64,000 nt of DNA, from the IMG/VR virus record IMGVR_UViG_3300031998_000004. One strand, written 5' to 3'. Positions 58,584 through 64,000 of this stretch are shown here, piece by piece. The DNA is from a virus. Lineage: Duplodnaviria > Caudoviricetes. Each line of letters opens with the position of its first letter. Position 1 is the stretch's first letter. Position numbers and translations under genes: made by a program. Under the pieces are notes generated by a model. It did not search any database and was not told where the DNA came from. It worked only from the letters and a program-made list of their open reading frames with translations.

Positions 58584-59447
58584 TTACGAATCATCTATCC
58601 TATAAAATTTCTTATACTTCTCCTTTACCATAACAGAAGTTAGTTCTTTTATAAGTTTCCTGGCGTACTCGTCTACTTCTGGTCTTTTGTTGTTATATAT
58701 ATAGAAATAAGAAAGATTGCTATATCGACGGCAGTTTGCGTTTGGACCACCACGGAAATATTTTTGTCTAATGTATTCCCCTATTGTTTTTGTTGGATAG
58801 TGATTTATCCAAGCATTGGTATATATGGATTGATCATGAGTATCTAAACAAATAGCTTGAAAACTATTATTACACGGAACTCCACCAGCACTCACCGCAG
58901 ATAAATTTTTATTTTCATAATATCCGTGCCCAGTTACTTCTCCCCCAGTATAATCAATACTCCCCCTAATAAATGATTTTGCATAGTTCTCTTCCCTAGA
59001 TATGTGTATATCCTTAAATCTAGATACTACAGAATAATTTCCATTAATTACATCCAAATCGGTGTTTGTTGTATATATCTTCCAACACAATCTAATAACA
59101 TCGACTTTTTCGAATAGAGAGTCGTTCAAAAATTCTTTTATATTGTTATGATATTTCGGTTCTAACACAACGAACTCATCAATATCAATAAACAATAACC
59201 AATCAAAACCCTTCTTATATTTTAAGAAAGCTTCAGTATATGCTCGGGGTTGGACACTTTCAATGTTCAAATAGTCTAATATTATAACTTTATCGTTTTT
59301 TATTATATCACTCACTTTTTCTCCGGAATCGTCATCGTTGTTGTCACATATGATAATTGTATCAAATCCCAGTCCGAGATGATAATCAATCCACTCATTG
59401 ATATATAAGTTCTCTTGTCTGGCTATAGCTATTATTCCTACTTTCAT
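58584..59447 (-). CDS. Glycosyltransferase (GT-A fold, GT2/GT92-like)
   Basis: Start MKVGIIAIAR.E..YI.EWI.YH..LGF..I..DN; W..FIDIDEF (DxD); NHY..K. Confidence 0.8.
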   Translation of the reverse strand: MKVGIIAIARQENLYINEWIDYHLGLGFDTIIICDNNDDDSGEKVSDIIKNDKVIILDYLNIESVQPRAYTEAFLKYKKGFDWLLFIDIDEFVVLEPKYHNNIKEFLNDSLFEKVDVIRLCWKIYTTNTDLDVINGNYSVVSRFKDIHISREENYAKSFIRGSIDYTGGEVTGHGYYENKNLSAVSAGGVPCNNSFQAICLDTHDQSIYTNAWINHYPTKTIGEYIRQKYFRGGPNANCRRYSNLSYFYIYNNKRPEVDEYARKLIKELTSVMVKEKYKKFYRIDDS

Positions 59448-59460
59448 ACATAAAATAATA

Positions 59461-59490
59461 AAGGCCTTTCTTTCGAAAGACCTTAAAAAA
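59461..59490. terminator. Hairpin between 59510 and 58584 genes, possible terminator
   Basis: AAGG.CTTTC-TTTC-GAAAG.CCTT. Confidence 0.4.
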
Positions 59491-59509
59491 TAGAAATCAT
59501 ATTGACTAA

Positions 59510-60574
59510 TTAAGCGTTTTGAACTGTCCACCCAGCAGGAATACCGTCTACTCCTTCTGTCCAATCAGTCATAGAACTTGCTTTAACAAATGTACCGGTT
59601 GATGAAACTCCATCCACCCAGCTGGATGTGCAATACTGCGCAGAAATATCAGTTGCGAGACATTTTATATAATTAAGACTTGTGCATCCGGCAAACATAC
59701 TATGACACATCTCATATGGTAGTGTTGCTAATGAAATGACAGGAGCTGTTGTTAAATTAGTGCATCCATAAAACATTTGATTATATAATCCTTCTTTCGT
59801 AGATGCGGGAAGTATTAAATTAGCTGCAGAAATTAGATAAGTATCTTCATAAAACATACAATAAAAATCCCATCCGAACCGTACGGTGGGCTCTTTGCCT
59901 ACGAAATTGTCTCCCCATTCCAATGATAATATATTTCCATAAATTTCATAATCTGCAGTACTTCCGTCTAAAATAGATGTAGATGTACTCGACCCCATTG
60001 CCCCACTATATGTTGATCTAAATTGAATGGTGTCGTTTTCATTTACGGCAATAGTGACATTTGATTCAGGGTTAGATGGGGTCGTCCATTCCTGGTTATT
60101 GAGTTTATAATCAAAACTTGCAGAATCGTCATAATATCGTGATCCACCAAACACTATATTACCATTACCTAAAGCCTTCACCGTAAAGTACATGAGTGAA
60201 TAGTCGGGCTCTAATGTAACAGTCTCTGTATGATCCGCGTTTAGTGTATACGTTCCGGATTGAGTCGTATAACCAGTCTTACTAACTGACCAAGTTATTT
60301 CTGTTCCTGCTGCTGCGGTAAGAGATGTTCTTTCTGATCCATTAATCACTACAGTTGCATCGTTTGGAGTAGCTGTAATAGTGAAGGTAAAATCAGTAAC
60401 TAAACCAATCTCTTCGGCTATTACTTCCGTGGGAACTGATCTGGTTATCAGACCCAAGTCTTTTAAGGTATCTATATCACCAGCACTAGTAATGTATGCT
60501 AGTATATTTTCAGCAGGAACTACGTGAGTTACATACTTAAAGATTTTTAATTCGTTGATGTTGTCTGTATTCAT
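59510..60574 (-). CDS. Putative display protein: N-terminal module, PEGA/Ig-like domain, BspA-type LRR
   Basis: TP.DATV.ING...VSKTGY (PEGA-like); MFYGCTNLTTAP and MFAGCTSL repeats. Confidence 0.7.
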   Translation of the reverse strand: MNTDNINELKIFKYVTHVVPAENILAYITSAGDIDTLKDLGLITRSVPTEVIAEEIGLVTDFTFTITATPNDATVVINGSERTSLTAAAGTEITWSVSKTGYTTQSGTYTLNADHTETVTLEPDYSLMYFTVKALGNGNIVFGGSRYYDDSASFDYKLNNQEWTTPSNPESNVTIAVNENDTIQFRSTYSGAMGSSTSTSILDGSTADYEIYGNILSLEWGDNFVGKEPTVRFGWDFYCMFYEDTYLISAANLILPASTKEGLYNQMFYGCTNLTTAPVISLATLPYEMCHSMFAGCTSLNYIKCLATDISAQYCTSSWVDGVSSTGTFVKASSMTDWTEGVDGIPAGWTVQNA

Positions 60575-60607
60575 TTCGAAATATTTTATTTATAAACAAA
60601 TAATCAT

Positions 60608-60639
60608 AAAAAAAGACCCTCTCTGAAAGAGAAGGTCTT
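60608..60639 (-). terminator. Rho-independent terminator
   Basis: AAGACC.TCTC..GAGA.GGTCTT with an A-tract on +. Confidence 0.65.
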
Positions 60640-60665
60640 GTGTAGTGGAATGGTAGATACTATCT

Positions 60666-61919
60666 TTATTCAGCATCTGCGAGTTTTGCAGCGAGCTCAC
60701 TAAGGATTGCGAGCTTGGCGGGATCGTTCTTGAACTTCTCAGTCAAAGCAGCGATTCTCTCTTTGTAACCATTCTTTTCGTTTAACTTTGCTTCTTCCTC
60801 AAGTCTCTTCTTCTCTTCCTCATCAACATTTGCCATGTGAGCCTGAACAGCTTCGGTATAAACCTGACCGAGTTCTACATTGGTCTTTGATTTGATGAAT
60901 GAAAGTGTTGAGACAGCGTTCTCGTTAACCGTCCATTTCATGTTGTGATTTGACTGAAGGAGTGTTGCATAGAGGTCGGTACCACTCTCGATAACAACGA
61001 ACCTATCCCGGTTGGTTGTGTAGATAGCGGTATTGTCGAGATTTGCAATGCTCTTGTAGTTCTCAAAGGTAAGAGCGAGTGCTTCAAGCGCACTAGCGAT
61101 ACTACGATTAACACTACCAGCAACTACAAGATTGTTGTGCTCACGGAGTTCAGCGGGAGTCTCAAAGACATTCTCGATTCCGTTGATTCCAACGCGCTTG
61201 CAAGTGATCTTCTCGTCGGCTTCGCTGATTGTGTACTCACCGTTACCGATCTTTGCAGTAAGTGTGCCCTGATCAAAGGTTACCATGTTGCTCTCAAGGA
61301 GTGAAGAGACAGTCTTGAAGGTGTTTGAAACTTCATTCCATCCAGCTTCCTGGATCTTCTTGCTCTCGTCAATCTTATATACTGTACCAGCAACCTCAAA
61401 GAGGAATCCATCACCAGCATTTTCAATAAGAGAAATTGGATGAACTGCTGTGTAGTCGGCTGTTGACTCAACGATTGGAGTATCAGCGTAAACCTGTTTT
61501 GCGATATTTCTGAATGCTTCGCAGAACATAACATTCTTCAATGCACCAGCTTTGATGTACTTAACAACGGTCTCTTCGTCGGCTTCAAGAAGGTTCTCTA
61601 CCTGCTTTGCAGCATTACGGTTGAGGTAGTTGTAAGAAGCACCATTACCATTAATACTCTCACATGCGGTTGCAAGTGCCCAGCTTGTCTTGTTGCTTGA
61701 AATATAATCGGAGACCTGTTCGAGAACAGCGTTAACTCCGTTATCAAAGCGCATTGTTGCAGCTTCCTTAACAAACTGATTTACAAGTCCGCAAGTAGCA
61801 TTATTAGCCATCAAGAATGACTTGTATTTGTTTAACATATCGTTACCACTCTGAGTCTGACCGGCCGACTCATTCAAAATAGAAGCAAATTCTAATCCGG
61901 CTAATATCTTAACGTTCAT
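60666..61919 (-). CDS. putative prohead core/scaffold or abundant head protein
   Basis: Codon usage like the protease gene; many (L/I/V)xE|S/A sites (ILNE-S, LLE-A, IVE-S, LLE-S). Confidence 0.45.
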   Translation of the reverse strand: MNVKILAGLEFASILNESAGQTQSGNDMLNKYKSFLMANNATCGLVNQFVKEAATMRFDNGVNAVLEQVSDYISSNKTSWALATACESINGNGASYNYLNRNAAKQVENLLEADEETVVKYIKAGALKNVMFCEAFRNIAKQVYADTPIVESTADYTAVHPISLIENAGDGFLFEVAGTVYKIDESKKIQEAGWNEVSNTFKTVSSLLESNMVTFDQGTLTAKIGNGEYTISEADEKITCKRVGINGIENVFETPAELREHNNLVVAGSVNRSIASALEALALTFENYKSIANLDNTAIYTTNRDRFVVIESGTDLYATLLQSNHNMKWTVNENAVSTLSFIKSKTNVELGQVYTEAVQAHMANVDEEEKKRLEEEAKLNEKNGYKERIAALTEKFKNDPAKLAILSELAAKLADAE

Positions 61920-61956
61920 ATTTATTTGGTATGTTTATTTATCTAATAATAAATGT

Positions 61957-62562
61957 CTATATATCTTTTATTGACAAATCTGTCAGAAGCGTCCATATAC
62001 CATTTATGTATTTGTTAACATCAGAACGAGCAACTATACTAATTTCTATTTTATCAGTATCTAGTCCTTTCCAATTTTTATTTCCCACTTTTATGTCTTT
62101 ATGTCTCAAAGTTTCCGGGTCTAAACTATTGTCGATATATGATATATACACTTCTATTTTAGACCTTACCGGAGTATTTCCCCACTTGGTTCCTTCAGGC
62201 CATATAATTCCCGCTTCTTCCAATATATCGTTTAATGCTGTTGTATCTAACTCAGAGTCATTCGCGAGTTTCTGATGGTCTTTAAGTGTACTCGGTATTA
62301 CAATAGTGTTTTTGAGAATAATCGCAATAAACTTTTGAAGGTCCGGTGGGAATGTGGTTTTGGAAAAATTCTTATTAAATGTCGGAGACCCATCTAATAC
62401 CCACTTCTTCTTCACAGCACCTTGTGCAAAGTAATGAGTCCACCCTCCATCACGCGAATCTTTGAACTTCTTTATATGTCCACCAAATAACGCATATAAA
62501 GAAGTTATATCATCTTCTGCTAGATTCTTATCAAACAAACTTTCTCTTAAACTTTTCATCAA
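61957..62562 (-). CDS. hypothetical protein with MKSLRE-SLFD leader
   Basis: N-terminus MKSLRESLFDKNL. Confidence 0.6.
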   Translation of the reverse strand: MMKSLRESLFDKNLAEDDITSLYALFGGHIKKFKDSRDGGWTHYFAQGAVKKKWVLDGSPTFNKNFSKTTFPPDLQKFIAIILKNTIVIPSTLKDHQKLANDSELDTTALNDILEEAGIIWPEGTKWGNTPVRSKIEVYISYIDNSLDPETLRHKDIKVGNKNWKGLDTDKIEISIVARSDVNKYINGIWTLLTDLSIKDI

Positions 62563-63122
62563 CCGACTCTTAATTTCTCAAACTCCCATCTCATAAACCA
62601 ATCAGGAAGTCTTTTAAGTGATTTGCACCCATTAAACATACCATTACCCGTATCGACTACCCTTCTTACATTCCATTTAGAAAGATCGGAGTTGAATGTT
62701 TTGCAATTATAAAACATAAAATTCATAAATTCAACCCTTCTTACGTTCCATTTAGAAAGATCGGCGTTGAATGCTTCACAATTATAAAACATGCAGTTTG
62801 TATCTTGTACTTTACTTACATTCCATTTAGAAAGATCGGAGTTGAATGTTTTGCAATTATAAAACATATACCCCATATCTTCAACCTTACTTACATCCCA
62901 TTTAGATATATCTATATTTTTTATTATATTTGAAAGATGCGCAAACAAATAAGACATATCTGTTATCTTACTAATATCTATAATATTGAGATTAGCATCC
63001 GGTCCTTGAATTTTTAATTGCTCTTCTATACAATTAATTAATTCACCCTTTGTTTCAGGATGATATAATATATCATTCTTAACTATATCTTTATCAAAAA
63101 GGCTTTCTACTAGTGTCTTCAT
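62559..63122 (-). CDS. DUF285/BspA-repeat protein with MKTLVE-SLFD leader
   Basis: 25-aa repeats FN.DLSKWNVS.V.DM..MFYNC. Confidence 0.8.
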   Translation of the reverse strand: MKTLVESLFDKDIVKNDILYHPETKGELINCIEEQLKIQGPDANLNIIDISKITDMSYLFAHLSNIIKNIDISKWDVSKVEDMGYMFYNCKTFNSDLSKWNVSKVQDTNCMFYNCEAFNADLSKWNVRRVEFMNFMFYNCKTFNSDLSKWNVRRVVDTGNGMFNGCKSLKRLPDWFMRWEFEKLRVG

Positions 63123-63676
63123 TAATCATCTTTTAATTTTTCAAACTCCCATCTTAAAAGATCGGTGTTTCCATAAGGACCATAAGTCAGGCAAACTGCA
63201 ATAGTCCACTTTGAAGTAATTATATCAAAATGAAATTTCGTATTTCCGTTTATGCCTCTCTTCTCACCCTTCCATTCCGGTAGTATGTATTGGTCTAGTT
63301 TCTGGCACATCTCATCACGGAATCTACTATTAAACTCTCCAAACCTACACTCCTCAAGAAACGGGATACACATAAGAAGTCTTGCGAAGAGTTCGGTTTT
63401 CTTAGTTGACTGTACTGTTCTGATATTAGTATTACTCGCGTTAGCATAAGCATACATTCCCAAGTCTATCTTCTGACCACCAAACTCCTTTACATCTTTC
63501 ACCACTTTCTTCCAATCAATCACCCCAAGGGCATTATCTTGTTTTGGTATAGGGAATCCTGGAGCTAATCTCAATACCCACTGACCATCAAAGAACGCTA
63601 TGTCTTTGATTTGATGTACCGGTACTTTCTTTTGTACTAGGTCTGTATCAAATAGGCTTTCAACTAATGACTTCAT
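63122..63676 (-). CDS. hypothetical protein with MKSLVE-SLFD leader
   Basis: N-terminus MKSLVESLFDTDL. Confidence 0.6.
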   Translation of the reverse strand: MKSLVESLFDTDLVQKKVPVHQIKDIAFFDGQWVLRLAPGFPIPKQDNALGVIDWKKVVKDVKEFGGQKIDLGMYAYANASNTNIRTVQSTKKTELFARLLMCIPFLEECRFGEFNSRFRDEMCQKLDQYILPEWKGEKRGINGNTKFHFDIITSKWTIAVCLTYGPYGNTDLLRWEFEKLKDD

Positions 63677-64000
63677 ATCTCTTCAAATGCAATTGTACAT
63701 TGGATATCTTTTCTCCAAAAACTAAACGTAATAATATTTTCTTTTAATCCATTTGGTTCCCCAAAATAATAATTCCCTCCGCGACCAAGCATGTTATCTC
63801 CTTTCAAATTTTTGAAATATTGAGAAAGTATATTATATGCTTCTTTTATAAAACCACCAATATAAGGAAATCGATTACTTTCTTCTTTAGTACATATATA
63901 TGGTATGTTATTTATTGCCGCAATAAAATAACCTATATCATCACAAAATTTTTTTCCTGCGACTCGAGCATCGAATCGTTTTGTCATCTCATGATCAAAA
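63673..64000 (-). CDS. hypothetical protein, 5'-truncated (likely another SLFD-leader member)
   Basis: The frame stays open to the window edge and reads ...FDHEMTKRF. Confidence 0.55.
   Translation of the reverse strand, partial: FDHEMTKRFDARVAGKKFCDDIGYFIAAINNIPYICTKEESNRFPYIGGFIKEAYNILSQYFKNLKGDNMLGRGGNYYFGEPNGLKENIITFSFWRKDIQCTIAFEEI

Noticed and set aside
59448-59564. N-terminal extension of the glycosyltransferase given in the ORF track
   Set aside because: It overlaps the upstream gene and a hairpin. The domain starts at MKVGII (59447).
62640-62910. 75-nt near-identical repeats as a CRISPR array or DGR template/variable pair
   Set aside because: They are in-frame 25-aa BspA/DUF285 coding repeats with no unique spacers, and no reverse transcriptase is present in the window.
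1-64000. TAG-to-Gln stop-codon reassignment as in Lak megaphages
   Set aside because: Genes of 700-1000 codons are intact under code 11. TAG ends several genes cleanly (e.g. 36588, followed by a terminator hairpin).

Overview
The window is a gene-dense, AT-rich fragment of a large T4-like (myovirus) jumbo phage genome. The host is probably Bacteroidota, inferred from the lack of clear Shine-Dalgarno motifs and from Bacteroidetes-type lipoproteins and BspA/SHAEG repeat proteins. The standard genetic code fits. Virion genes are scattered on both strands: prohead protease-scaffold, neck, tail completion, baseplate gp5/6/7/25/26/27/51/53-like, head completion gp4, a repeat tail fibre and Ig-domain proteins. 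DNA and nucleotide genes include an SbcC/gp46 ATPase, DNA ligase, RNA ligase 2, NDK, HPRT, a dUTPase/dCTP deaminase, a ThyX-like protein, QueD, QueE and a family B DNA polymerase split in two by a free-standing endonuclease gene. The most striking unexplained pattern is an N-terminal tag shared by about 14 otherwise unrelated proteins. Most carry MKSLxE|SLFD, which resembles a T4 capsid-targeting leader followed by SLFD, and some begin directly with M-S/G-L/I-F-D/N. This suggests a cargo-addressing system for proteins packaged in the head and ejected. A second shared N-terminal module on three putative surface-display proteins suggests a capsid-anchor system. All calls come from motif reading and none were confirmed by database search.
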